The notes under the pieces were generated by a model that was not told the DNA's origin, searched no databases, and saw only the letters and a list, made by a program, of their open reading frames with translations. A stretch of 63,684 bases of DNA, the filler included, from Stramenopiles sp. TOSAG23-2 (lineage: Eukaryota), in the NCBI GenBank assembly GCA_900128395.1. It is 10 parts of 10 records of this genome, joined end to end, with 100 filler letters (N's around TTAATTAATTAA, not from the genome) between each part and the next. Parts side by side here need not be neighbours in the genome. Positions count along the whole stretch, not along the records: positions 20,825 to 27,655 come from LT650401.1; positions 27,756 to 34,584 come from LT650402.1; 8 more parts are not named here. One strand, 5' to 3'. This document shows, piece by piece, positions 21,254 through 32,538 of this stretch. The position numbers were made by a program, and so were the translations under genes. How positions within the stretch are numbered: position 1 is the stretch's first letter; each line of letters opens with the position of its first letter.

Positions 21254-21619
21254 TATCCTAATTAATCAACATATAGATTATAGAAATATATAATTTTTTA
21301 AAAAATATAATATTACATCCACCATGAGCAATAATAAAAATCAAAAGAAATCATCACGATATCGTCCAAAATCAAAACGAAAGAAAAAAAATATTACATT
21401 ATGGTTGTAAATATTGTACTTAACTTGTTTGTTGTTGTTATTGATGTTAATAGATAGATAGATATATGCAATGAGTATATTGCATGTGATCATGCGTATC
21501 GCTATATATATACAGACGTGTATGAATTTTTTTTGATTGAGCAGTTATATACGCTTACGCATCACACTTTTATTTATAATGCACTTGCCACTTGTGCATC
21601 GAAGAATATTTTTTTAAGA

Positions 21620-21804
21620 TTCCATATGATTTTTATACTTTTACATACTAATACACTAAGAAGATTTATTCCTATGAAACTCTTTCCGTCTTTCTCTATA
21701 CTACGGAATAGCTTCCATATGATTTTTATACTTTTACATACTAATACACTAAGAAGATTTATTCCTACAAAACTCTTTCCGTCTTTCTCTATACTACGGA
21801 ATAG
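21620..21804. repeat. Two-copy tandem duplication, 93-bp period, 2 mismatches
   Basis: TTCCATATGATTTTTATAC starts at 21620 and 21713; copies differ CCTATGAAAC vs CCTACAAAAC. Confidence 0.95.
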
Positions 21805-22084
21805 TATTGGTTTTAATGCTATTTGCCTGTTGTTGAAAATACATCTGCTATCTGTTTATGCATCACCAGATCACCAAGAAGAATAGCAACAATAGCATAA
21901 TACCAGAATACATGTTTAATATATATATATCGATAATATATTTGGTACGTGCGTACCCATCCAAAATACAAGTAATTATATATTTTTATATTATATATAC
22001 AAATTAATACACATAAAAACAAATTATATAGACGACAATATAATACAATCAATTATATATAATTTAATAGTAATAATTCTCAAC

Positions 22085-24169
22085 ATGGCATCTCTCCTAG
22101 CATCATCTACACCCCTCGTATCTGTCACTCCAGATCAGGATAGAACAATTCCAACATCAAAACGACATCGTGAAGGATTATTTTTAATACCAAAAAACTT
22201 ATTACAAATTGCAATAAAAGATAAAAATTATAAACAATTAAAAGCCTTTAATCGAATTAATGCTTTAACCACTTGTAAATCTGCTGAACATGGTTGGCTT
22301 GGGGCATCATATTCATGTATGGAAATATTGACAGTATTTACATTAATATTGAAAATACCAAATATTATTTTAGCAAAAGGTCATGCTGCTGCTGGGCAAT
22401 ATGCTATTTTATTTGCTGATGGTAAATTAAGTGTTAATAATTTAAAAAATTATAAGAATGGTCTAAATGGGTTAGAAGCACATGCTGATTTAATGATGGA
22501 TACAGGATCATTAGGCCAATGTCTATCATCAGTTGCTGGCATGGCTGTGGCAAACAGAAATGAAACATACGTTGTTATATTAGGAGATGGAGAAATGCAA
22601 GAAGGGCAAATTTATGAAGCTTTAATGACCATTAAAAAATATAAAATAAAAAACTTAATTGCAATAGTTGATTTAAATGAGTTTCAATCTGATAATCGAT
22701 GCAATGAAATCATGCCGATTCATGATTTGGAAATGGTTGTAAAAGGGTTTGGTTTTAACGTAATACATGTTGATGGACATAGTGAAGAAGAGATCTTAAA
22801 AGCATATAGTACTATTGTTGCTGATTTTGATAAAGATGCTTTGTATATTATATTTGCAAAAACTACAAAAGCTGGTGGTTCTGAGTTTCTTAAAACATCA
22901 CAACATCCTGTAACAAAAATGGAATGTTTGCCATGGCATACGAAGGTTCCAAAATGGGAATTGTATATTGAAATTATTAATGAACAAATAAGTAAAAGTG
23001 GAAGTAGTGAAGCAAGTGAATTATTTAAAACCCATTGCTCAAACTATTTGATGGGAAAGTTAGAAGATTTAAAAAATACACATCGACCTACATATAGTTC
23101 AGATCAAATAGGAACAGGTAAAGCATTTGGTTATTATTTAACTGAATGTATTAATAATCCAAAAACTAGTTATCATAAAAGGCTCGCAATTGTAGATGCT
23201 GATTTAGCAACAAGTTGTGGTATAAATGGTGCAGTAAAACACAAGATGTATTTCGAATTAGGAGTTGCGGAGCAAGATGCTATTAGTTTTGCTGCTGGGT
23301 TAGCGCTTTCGAATCAGATTCCTGTAGTCAATACATATAGTAACTTTTTAAAACGTGGTTATGAGAACATGTTCATATCGATTATAGAAAATGCAAATAT
23401 TATATTTGCTGGGCATTATTCAGGTCTTTGTTATCACACAGACGGCAAATCCCATCAATCAATTGATGATTTATCCGTTTTTTCTGCTTTACACCCTAGG
23501 TTACTAGTGATTGATCCACCATGTCCATCATTAGCGAAAAAGATGTTAGAAGGTGTAATAGAGTCTGGTAAACCTGCATATTTTCGATTAAGACGAACAC
23601 CAGTACCATCTTTATTTGATTATATTGATGATGCTGTTAAAGTTAGAGACGGAACATGGCAACAAGTTTTTTCACCGATATTATTAAGACCAGATAGTAG
23701 TAACATAACAACATTAAAGAATATTCATCGCAAAGACCCACAATATCAATTATGGTCGAAAGTCGCATTTGTTACTATTGGTACAGTTGCAACTGAATTA
23801 GCAGTAAATTGTTGTTGTAATAATGCAGCTTTTAAAGGTAGTCAAATTTTAGTCCTAACGACTTTAAATGATGATGATAATGATCTTTCCTCCGATATTT
23901 GGTTAAATTTTTTCACACAAAAAGCATTAAAGTATATTATAGTTATTGAAGATGATGTTGGTGCGTTATATAAAGAAGTATGTTCTAATTATGCATCTTT
24001 GCAAGGTTTGTCGTATCTTGGGAAAACAATGCCAACTTTAAAATTTTTATCAAAAAATGTTGCAGACAGTGGACCTTCACAACGTACGCTAAAATCATGT
24101 TTGAATCAGTTTAACTTTACTGTCGATAGTGTAACATCGATGTTTAAATCATTTTTACAAAGGGTATGA
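22085..24169 (+). CDS. Transketolase-like ThDP-dependent enzyme (single chain)
   Basis: KGHAA, TGSLGQ, ThDP motif GDGEMQEGQIYEA...N, DGH, DADL, GVAEQ, DGKSHQ and PAYFR. Confidence 0.85.
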   Translation: MASLLASSTPLVSVTPDQDRTIPTSKRHREGLFLIPKNLLQIAIKDKNYKQLKAFNRINALTTCKSAEHGWLGASYSCMEILTVFTLILKIPNIILAKGHAAAGQYAILFADGKLSVNNLKNYKNGLNGLEAHADLMMDTGSLGQCLSSVAGMAVANRNETYVVILGDGEMQEGQIYEALMTIKKYKIKNLIAIVDLNEFQSDNRCNEIMPIHDLEMVVKGFGFNVIHVDGHSEEEILKAYSTIVADFDKDALYIIFAKTTKAGGSEFLKTSQHPVTKMECLPWHTKVPKWELYIEIINEQISKSGSSEASELFKTHCSNYLMGKLEDLKNTHRPTYSSDQIGTGKAFGYYLTECINNPKTSYHKRLAIVDADLATSCGINGAVKHKMYFELGVAEQDAISFAAGLALSNQIPVVNTYSNFLKRGYENMFISIIENANIIFAGHYSGLCYHTDGKSHQSIDDLSVFSALHPRLLVIDPPCPSLAKKMLEGVIESGKPAYFRLRRTPVPSLFDYIDDAVKVRDGTWQQVFSPILLRPDSSNITTLKNIHRKDPQYQLWSKVAFVTIGTVATELAVNCCCNNAAFKGSQILVLTTLNDDDNDLSSDIWLNFFTQKALKYIIVIEDDVGALYKEVCSNYASLQGLSYLGKTMPTLKFLSKNVADSGPSQRTLKSCLNQFNFTVDSVTSMFKSFLQRV

Positions 24170-24624
24170 CATAGAAAATACAGCTAGAGGAAAATAATTG
24201 AGACTTTTTGGAACGTCTGTTAAACGAATATATAAAAAATTCTCTTATTTATAATTTAAAGATTTTATTTACTCATATTGACAAACGAATATATTATATA
24301 ATATATTATATATTTTAAAACATCAAAATCACAAATGACAACAAGGTGATCTTGAAAAAATATGTGGCGTGTGTGTGACAAAATGAAAAAAATGTATGCA
24401 TTACATATATATATGTAATAAAATCGTAAACACTCTACGACGTATGATACGAGTATATCATATTATATCATAGCTTAATCTAAATCCTATCATACTGTTA
24501 TTTTATCTCGTTTACACGTATCACGTATCATATTAATACCAATACACACACAAAAATTTATACGTCGTATGTCATACGAACAAAAAACACATTTCATTAC
24601 AATATACACCATGTGACGTATTTT

Positions 24625-26574
24625 TTACTGTTTATTGTTCAATCTAATTACCATTGCTGTGATATCATCAATACGTCCATTTGCTTGAGGTGATGCTCTC
24701 CACTTTCTTCTTGCAGTAGCAACGATAACCCTTGCTGCTTGCTTTGGATTCCATTTCAATGAACGACTTGCAATAGAATTAATAATATCACCAACATCAC
24801 TTAATGATAATACATCCCATACTCCATCAGTAGCAATACATACCCACCTATCATATTGTTGAATCTTATATAGACGAATTTCTGGAATAGTAGTTACACC
24901 ACACGTATGTGCCATTGAGTCTCCAAAGGATCGGCTGACAGCCAATCCAGGGCCATAGTAAGATGGATCTGCTGACCATACTCGTTGCGTAGCAGTATTT
25001 GGATCTGCATAGACATTATGTGGAGATGGACCTACTCGTCCACCACTATTGTTTACTCTTTCATGTTCATCTGGTCTTTCAGGTTTATGATCCGAAGTCA
25101 ATGCCATGACTTCAGGTAACCGTGGTGCATTTGCATGTAATTGATTATTATGATTTCTTGGCGGTATCCTACCAATGCATGCTCTACTATCGCCTACATG
25201 CGCTATCAATATATGCGATACAGATAACATTAAAACTACTGCAGTACTGCCACTGTTTGTCGTATTTACACTTAAACGTAAATTTGAGTCCATATCTAAA
25301 AATGCTTGTGTCAATCGTTGTCCCACTAATGGTGTAAATGGTAATTTAATATCAGCTTTTATCAATGTTTCACTTAAATGTTGTACACAAAATGCACTAA
25401 CTGCACGCCCTTCTTTGCCATGACCATCGAAAACTCCCAGCAAAGATAATAATCCAACACGTCCAAAATCTGGCACCTCTAAAGCATTGTCTTGGTTTAA
25501 CCATCCTGGTTTATTTGGTTTGAATCCTTGTAATGATACCGCACCACTTACATGGCCACCGATTAATTGATTTGGATTTGTATTATTATTGTTACTACCA
25601 TTGATATGCTCTGCGTTTGCTATTACCTGCCTTTGATGTTGCTGTTGCTGTTGGTGTTGATGTTGAGCAGGTTTTGGTGGAGAAGTAACAGCACGTACAC
25701 TTGGTGCTGGTGTTGATTTTGTCATCTTAATCTTGTCATTTTTTCCTTTTGCAATTTTTTTCTTTAATAAAAATATTTTCTTCTTCTTGTTGTTGCGTAC
25801 TTCGCCGCTTGTACGAACAGGGTGCATTGATTTGTTATTAGGTATGTTGTTATTATTATTACTAGTTGCATTATTATTATTTTTTGCATTACCATATAAA
25901 TCTAATCTTTCTTTAGCATGTGCTTCTTTCCATTTTAAACTTTCAGTACGTGTATTTGTATTTTTTCTACGTCTTGTTGAAAATTTATTTTGTTGAAAAC
26001 GTGATGAAGGGTTGCCGTTACTGTTCATTGGTGATGCTATTAAATTATTTCCTGTAGAATGTTTATTGTACAACGATGTTGTATGTGTTGTTTTAGGACG
26101 TATTTTTAACCGTGAACGAAGATTTAAATGGTTTGAATGGCTACTTTCTTTTCTCTCTTCATTATCATTATCGTTTGGATTATTGTAATTGTAACTACGT
26201 CTAGACATAATATTTTGACCAGTTGATCGCATTCTAGTATTACTATTGATGTTGTTGTTGTTGCTAGTACCACTAACTGTATTGAAGCTGAAATTGCTAT
26301 GACCACTTGTACGTACACCTTTTGGAGTTTGTGATATACGTCGATATACTGGTTTATCATATGCACGTTTTGCTTGTTCATATCGTTTGTGTAATTTATT
26401 ATTGTTACCTATACTACTACTATTATTATTATTTCTATTATTTACAGAAGAAGAATATGAAGATGTGTGTGGACGAGATATGTTTTTACTATATCTGTTA
26501 CTACGCGAATAATTGCCATATGAAGTTGTTACTACATCATTGTTGCTATTTCTTACATAATTATTTGATAACAT
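24625..26574 (-). CDS. Protein phosphatase 2C (PPM family) with long disordered N-terminus
   Basis: NQD, GVFDGHG, SGSTA, AHVGDSRA, DHKP, LAVSRSFGD, ATDGVWD and DDIT motifs. First ATG at 26574. Confidence 0.93.
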   Translation of the reverse strand: MLSNNYVRNSNNDVVTTSYGNYSRSNRYSKNISRPHTSSYSSSVNNRNNNNSSSIGNNNKLHKRYEQAKRAYDKPVYRRISQTPKGVRTSGHSNFSFNTVSGTSNNNNINSNTRMRSTGQNIMSRRSYNYNNPNDNDNEERKESSHSNHLNLRSRLKIRPKTTHTTSLYNKHSTGNNLIASPMNSNGNPSSRFQQNKFSTRRRKNTNTRTESLKWKEAHAKERLDLYGNAKNNNNATSNNNNNIPNNKSMHPVRTSGEVRNNKKKKIFLLKKKIAKGKNDKIKMTKSTPAPSVRAVTSPPKPAQHQHQQQQQHQRQVIANAEHINGSNNNNTNPNQLIGGHVSGAVSLQGFKPNKPGWLNQDNALEVPDFGRVGLLSLLGVFDGHGKEGRAVSAFCVQHLSETLIKADIKLPFTPLVGQRLTQAFLDMDSNLRLSVNTTNSGSTAVVLMLSVSHILIAHVGDSRACIGRIPPRNHNNQLHANAPRLPEVMALTSDHKPERPDEHERVNNSGGRVGPSPHNVYADPNTATQRVWSADPSYYGPGLAVSRSFGDSMAHTCGVTTIPEIRLYKIQQYDRWVCIATDGVWDVLSLSDVGDIINSIASRSLKWNPKQAARVIVATARRKWRASPQANGRIDDITAMVIRLNNKQ

Positions 26575-26876
26575 TGTTTTACTACTTTTGTTTACAAAAT
26601 TGTTAAAATGTGTGTAATATATTGTTGTATATATTATCTTTAGTTTACAATAATTTCCCAATAATTTAATATTATATTATTTAAATATTTATTTATTATT
26701 AATGATGATGTTGATAATAATGAATGTTTTAATATTTTTTTCTATGTCAATAGATGGAGGAATGATTGAAGGGAAAATCTTTTATTTTTATAATTAAATA
26801 AACTTTAATTTAATGAATGTAAGATGGTATTGTTCTAATGTATGCAATGTGTATGTAGAAGACTGGTTGTACATGT

Positions 26877-27134
26877 ACTGTATATCTATCATATGTTTGG
26901 TAAATAATAAATTAAAATATATAATAATACGAAACGCGACATATTATTTAGCATGCGATTACGTTTAGCAAATCTTCTCAACTCCAAAAAAAGTTAGCAA
27001 AAAAAACTGTATATCTATCATATGTTTGGTAAATAATAAATTAAAATATATAATAATACGAAACGCGACATATTATTTAGCATGCGATTACGTTTAGCAA
27101 ATCTTCTCAACTCCAAAAAAAGTTAGCAAAAAAA
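26877..27134. repeat. Two-copy tandem duplication, 129-bp period
   Basis: ACTGTATATCTATCATATG starts at 26877 and 27006. Confidence 0.95.
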
Positions 27135-27655
27135 AATGATTATTAATATTATATGGAAATAGCACTGTTATATTTTCATTTCTATAAGCAAAACAGCAAA
27201 GCACAAAACGGTATCCTGTCCTGCCAAAAATAAAAAACTTTTCCATTTTTTTGTGTTGTTGATGGACTTAAGTTATACTATACTACTAAGTATAAGAAGT
27301 ACATAGGAAAGTGGTATGTGTTGTAAATCACAATAAACACAATGTAAATGCTGTGTTGTGCTGTGTTATAATTACTCCTCGTAATAATTTAAATTGATTG
27401 ATGTGGCCTTAATCTAGGTCCTAGACTTTTCAAAGAAAAGTCTAGTTGGAGACGTAGATTTAGTGCTGTGTGGCTTCTATTTCGAGGTACAATCGGGTAT
27501 TTTTAAGGTTTTACAATGCTATTTCTAGCCTAAATACATGGAGTACTTTGTTTGATGATTTTTGCTGATGAAAAATGAAAATAATTGGATTTGCATTTAA
27601 TCCAAGTCCATTTCCATCAAAATATATATATATTTACACTCCACAAATGGATTTT

Positions 27656-27755
27656 NNNNNNNNNNNNNNNNNNNNNNNNNNNNNNNNNNNNNNNNNNNNT
27701 TAATTAATTAANNNNNNNNNNNNNNNNNNNNNNNNNNNNNNNNNNNNNNNNNNNN
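27656..27755. other. Artificial contig spacer
   Basis: N44-TTAATTAATTAA-N44. Confidence 0.99.
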
Positions 27756-27893
27756 AAAAATAATCTTTAAAATCCTTAGGTGAAAACACCTCTTTTTCGT
27801 GTCGGTAACGCACGCAAAATGAAATAGCATGAAATAGCATTGGTGTCGCAAAAGTTACCGATGGGCTTTACCGACATGTCGGTGCCAACCCTG
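27756..27893. mobile_element. Possible hAT-like DNA transposon terminus
   Basis: Ends TGCCAACCCTG (reverse complement CAGGGTTGGCA) and carries clustered TCGGTAA/TTACCGA motifs plus the palindrome ACCGACATGTCGGT. It lies at a contig edge. Confidence 0.4.
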
Positions 27894-28109
27894 GGTATAG
27901 GTATAGAGGTGAGATATCTCTGCATATCATTCGAAAATCAAATTAAAATTTACGAAATACATTGTTAAATTGTATAATACTATTACTATTACTATTAATA
28001 ATTAAAATTTAACAATTTACGCGCATTAATTTATTTTTTTTTAATGCATATATATAAAATATATATTATACATACGAATTCGTACATGATATATTACTTT
28101 TATCCGTTG

Positions 28110-28730
28110 TCACATCAATACTTCAAAATCTATCCATTGAACAAATGTTTTCCTTTCAATTGAATCATTATTATTAAATATATTATCATTTAACACCATT
28201 TCGATATCACTAGTTGACATTTTAGCCAATCCCTCGGCAAATGTTTTAACCGCTTCGAACTGGATTTCATCAACATCGTCATCGCTAATTTGTAATTCTT
28301 TTGTAACATAATCTTCAATTGCTGTATTTGGAATTCGTAAAGAATTTAATACAATATTAAAGAAATTATTCACTTTTTCATTCTCCTCATCCGTCAATTT
28401 ATTATCATTAATTTTCACATCATTAAAAATTAATTGCGTAAAAGCACCCTTTCGTAACCAATTTATAAATTCAGTTCGTTCTACTGAACCATTTCCATCA
28501 ACATCTAAAACTGACATTAAATTAGATATTTCATCCTCGGAAGTTGGCAATTGGATGTTCTCAGAGATACTGCATGTTGAAAAATATTTAATAACATTTT
28601 GTAATTCATCAGCTTTTATGGTTTGATCATTGTTTTCATCAAAATAATCAAAGCAATCTGATATATTATTAAATTGAAACAACGATTTGGAATTTAATTT
28701 ATAGTTTTCTAAAAATGCTAATTGTTTCAT
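28110..28730 (-). CDS. EF-hand calcium-binding protein
   Basis: EF loops DENNDQTIKADE and DVDGNGSVERTE, plus a degenerate second pair (NNNDSIERKTF). An upstream exon cannot be excluded. Confidence 0.75.
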   Translation of the reverse strand: MKQLAFLENYKLNSKSLFQFNNISDCFDYFDENNDQTIKADELQNVIKYFSTCSISENIQLPTSEDEISNLMSVLDVDGNGSVERTEFINWLRKGAFTQLIFNDVKINDNKLTDEENEKVNNFFNIVLNSLRIPNTAIEDYVTKELQISDDDVDEIQFEAVKTFAEGLAKMSTSDIEMVLNDNIFNNNDSIERKTFVQWIDFEVLM

Positions 28731-29090
28731 TGGGATTATATAAATGTTATATATATTACGAATATCAATTTGTTCTTACCTTTGTATAATATATTCGTTT
28801 ATTATTATACGCACTTTAACTTTTTAAATTGTACATTACTCGTAAAACACATGTATTTTGTTATAAATATTTCGTGTATAAGTTTTAACCGACGAAATGC
28901 CGTGATGCCGGGGGAGGTGTTCATATTATTGTACCTGTTAGACTACGTTATATGAAACAAAAATCGAAATTTATGAAAAAATATCAAAAAGAGGATTTTA
29001 TACTTATTATATACTGTAAGTTTGTATTAATTAAAAGAATAAATATCAATATACTGTAATATCTTTTTATACTACATCCCCCCAACCCCT

Positions 29091-32062
29091 TTAACCACTA
29101 TTTCTCATGCCTGCAGCGACTCCATTGATTGTAATTAGAAGTGCATCGGATAATTTATCAATTTCTTTTTGATTTATTTCATTATCTTCAACTGATCGAA
29201 TACGTTTTAAAAGTTCTGCTTGTATTATGTTCAACACGTCAACGTAAGGATTTCTTACATATAAACTTCTCAATAAGACTGGGTTATGCTGCTGCAATTG
29301 TTTATTTCCAGAAACTGATAATACTGCATCTGTTGCTTCTTGCAATTTCAAACGTAATTCATTGCCTAACTCCTTATCATTTGCATCTGTAAGAAGCTGT
29401 ACATCGTAATTTTTTGCAATACGCTTATCAGATTTTGCCAAGATCATTTCTAATAAATCAATCAATGTATGAAACCACGTCCAATTTTTGTACATATCTT
29501 TCAATAATAATTCATCCTTTGTCATCTCCACATTTAATGCCTCTCCAACCCCTAACCATGCAGGCAAATTCAGTCTTGTTTGAGTCCATGCAAAAACCCA
29601 AGGTATGGCTCTCAATGATTCTACACCTCCTGTAGGATTACGTTTTGCAGGGCGACTTCCAACATTTAGCCCTGAAAGTTCTAGCTCGGGGGTACTGGCA
29701 CGAAAATACGGGACAAATCTTGGATCGGATCGTACAATGTGTCTATAATTTTCACAAGATACGTCGGCTAAGCGTTCCATTGCATCTCGCCATTCATCTT
29801 TTGGTTCCATTCGCTCTTCAAACTTTTCCGCTAAAACTCCAGCTGTAAAAAGATCTAATGTTCGCTCTGCTATACCAGCTTGTCCAAAATTTTGTGTTAT
29901 CATTTCCCCTTGCTCGGTTATGCGAAATCGGCCATTGATTGTATTCGGTGGATGTGCTAGAATTGCATGATACAAAGCAGGATTACCACCTCTACCAACC
30001 GTGCCACCTTTACCATGGAAAAAAGTCAGCTCAACCTTGTGATTTTCACCAATTTTTACCATTTCTTCTTGACATTTATATTGCGCCCATGATGCAGCTA
30101 ATCGACCGGCATCTTTTGCAGAATCGCTATACCCTACCATAACTTCTTGCTTTCCTTGAATATGATTCATATATTCAGGCATGGAAAACAATGCTTCTAC
30201 AGTTGCTGCAGACCTCTCTAGATCATCCAAAGTTTCAAACAATGGAACCACTCGTAATGGTTGTAAAACACCTGCATCTAGTTGAAGGAGCGCTACTGCT
30301 AAGACATCAGATGCCTGTTGGCATTGTGAAATTACATACGCGCCAAGCGAACCTGGAACAACTTTAGCAATCAATTCAAATGTTTTTAATGTGTCCACTA
30401 CAGTAGGTGAAAACTCTAACTTTTTAAAACAAGCACCTTTTGGCAACAACGGGCGCTTTGATTCAATTTCTTTACATAGCCATTCTCTACGTGTTGCTTC
30501 ATTCCATGACAGATATGATCCTATCCCTAAATGTTGCGTGATAGCATCTAATGCTTCGCTATGTCGATTCGATTCTTGGCGGATATCTAATGGAAGCATT
30601 GCTAAACCAAATGAAGCCACCCGTCGAATTGTATCAATTAAAAGTCCATCAGCAATATCAGATAGGCCTTGATCAATTAATGATCTATGTAACATTTGTA
30701 AAGGCTCCATAAGTTGAGACGATTCTGTAATAATTTCATTTTCATCATACTTTTGAATTGAACTAGCATACCTACTTGATATTGCCCAATCCATTGTTTT
30801 TTCCAATCGCATTTCAAGATCATTTAAAACAAATCTATATGGTTCACGTGCATTCTTTGTAAATTTTTTAACCTCAGAAGATGCATTACGCACGCTTAAT
30901 TCTTTTTTTAAATGACGAATATCATCCAAAAATAATCTTGCTGCTGTTTCGCGTGATAAATTGCAGACTTCATATGTTATTTCTGGCGTAACATTTGGAT
31001 TTCCATCTCGATCTCCTCCCATCCACGATGCCAATTTAATAGGTGATATATCTAATGGCAAAGATTTTCCCAATTCCATTTTGGATACGTCCTATATCAT
31101 GCAATATATAGTGTACATACGAAGGAGTGATATGTTAGAGAGATTAATTATATATCTACCAGAAATATTTTTTCAGACATGTATATATATGTGTACAGAT
31201 GTATATGTATATATATACAACGATTTTAACTTACATCCAATTTACGCAAAAATGTTGGAACGCTTTTCCACAATACATTTTCCACGATATTTAAACCACC
31301 AACAGCTTCTTCCACAGGAGTTGGTTTGGATCTTCGTAATTCATCAGTTTCCCATATATTTGCAATTTCACTATGTAATTGTCGATTTAATTGTCGAATT
31401 TCATACGGACTGTGATCAGTACGGTCAAATGCTTCAAGTATTTCTTTTGTATTTTGATGTTTTTGCAACATTGTATGCCTATTCACTTCAGTTGGATGGG
31501 CTGTCAAAACAATTTCTACAGTTTGGGAACAAAGCGATTTGTACACATCGTCGACACTTCGTTGTTTCTCGTACAGCAAACGCTGAACAGCTCCACTACA
31601 AGAGTCATTTTTTGGGCTAAGCGCACCGTCATGTTCCATCATACGCCTTCGAAGACGACGTAAACGATGGTGGTTTTCAGCAGAATTGCTCAAAGATAAA
31701 AAATGTGTAAAAGCTCTGCTTATCATCATTAATTTTTTGGTATCATAATTTGATACCATATCTACCATATTTTCAAAAGTTTTTTCACCGCCATCATCTT
31801 CCCTTCTCCATTCTTGCCCATATTTTCTCAACTGCTCAACAGCTTCAAAAGCCTTTGTATCATGATTTTTTATTATATTTCCAAGTGAATTCCCTAGCAT
31901 ACGAATGTCAGACCTTAATTTAGCATCTTTATCACCATAAAGTCTCATGGATGTAAAATATTTAACATGTTGATGGTTCCTCCTAGCATTACTAAATAAG
32001 CGCTTCATCGAACTTTTTCTCACTCCAACACGGTGTGTGGAGAATATCCATTTTGAAATCAT
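29091..32062 (-). CDS. PEPC: Phosphoenolpyruvate carboxylase, bacterial-type; two exons (32062..31235, 31091..29091)
   Basis: VLTAHPT, SWMGGDRDGNP, QEVMVGYSDSAKDAG, FHGKGGTVGRGG, LRAIPWVFAWTQTR and C-terminal MRNSG. Splicing the intron joins the two ORFs in frame (FLRKLD|DVSKMELGKSLP). Confidence 0.96.
31092..31234 (-). other. Spliceosomal GT-AG intron (143 bp, phase 0) in PEPC
   Basis: Minus-strand donor GTAAGT at 31234, CTAAC branch-like motif about 40 nt before the acceptor TAG at 31092. Removal restores the frame. Confidence 0.92.
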
Positions 32063-32538
32063 CTTATTCAATGTACTTATATAAATATATAATAGATATA
32101 ATATTATGTAGATTCAAAATGTGTAATTCTTCTGTTATTGTTTTAAATATAAAAGAGGTTATTTATTATTAGTAGTAGTAGTAGAAGAAAATCTATTTTA
32201 TTCTTAGTGCTAATTGCCTGCTATATTATAAGAATCCTTCTCGATAATAGAATTTTTTTCTTCCTATTCTCTGCTGCTATTATTTCAAGTATTTTCCAAT
32301 GATGACGCACAAATAACAATACAATCAAACTGAATTCAATAATACTTGTAGTAGTCTTGAGCTGAAAATTGAGAAAAGATATAATACTGAAAAAAATATT
32401 TTTCAAAAAACATATGCTTTTTTTCTTTTTCAAAGTATATTTTTTTAAATCAAAAACCAAATATTACGAATACTTGCCTTGACATATTATACGACGCGAT
32501 GACACGACATGTTCTCTTCTCTTCTATTTTTTCTTTTT

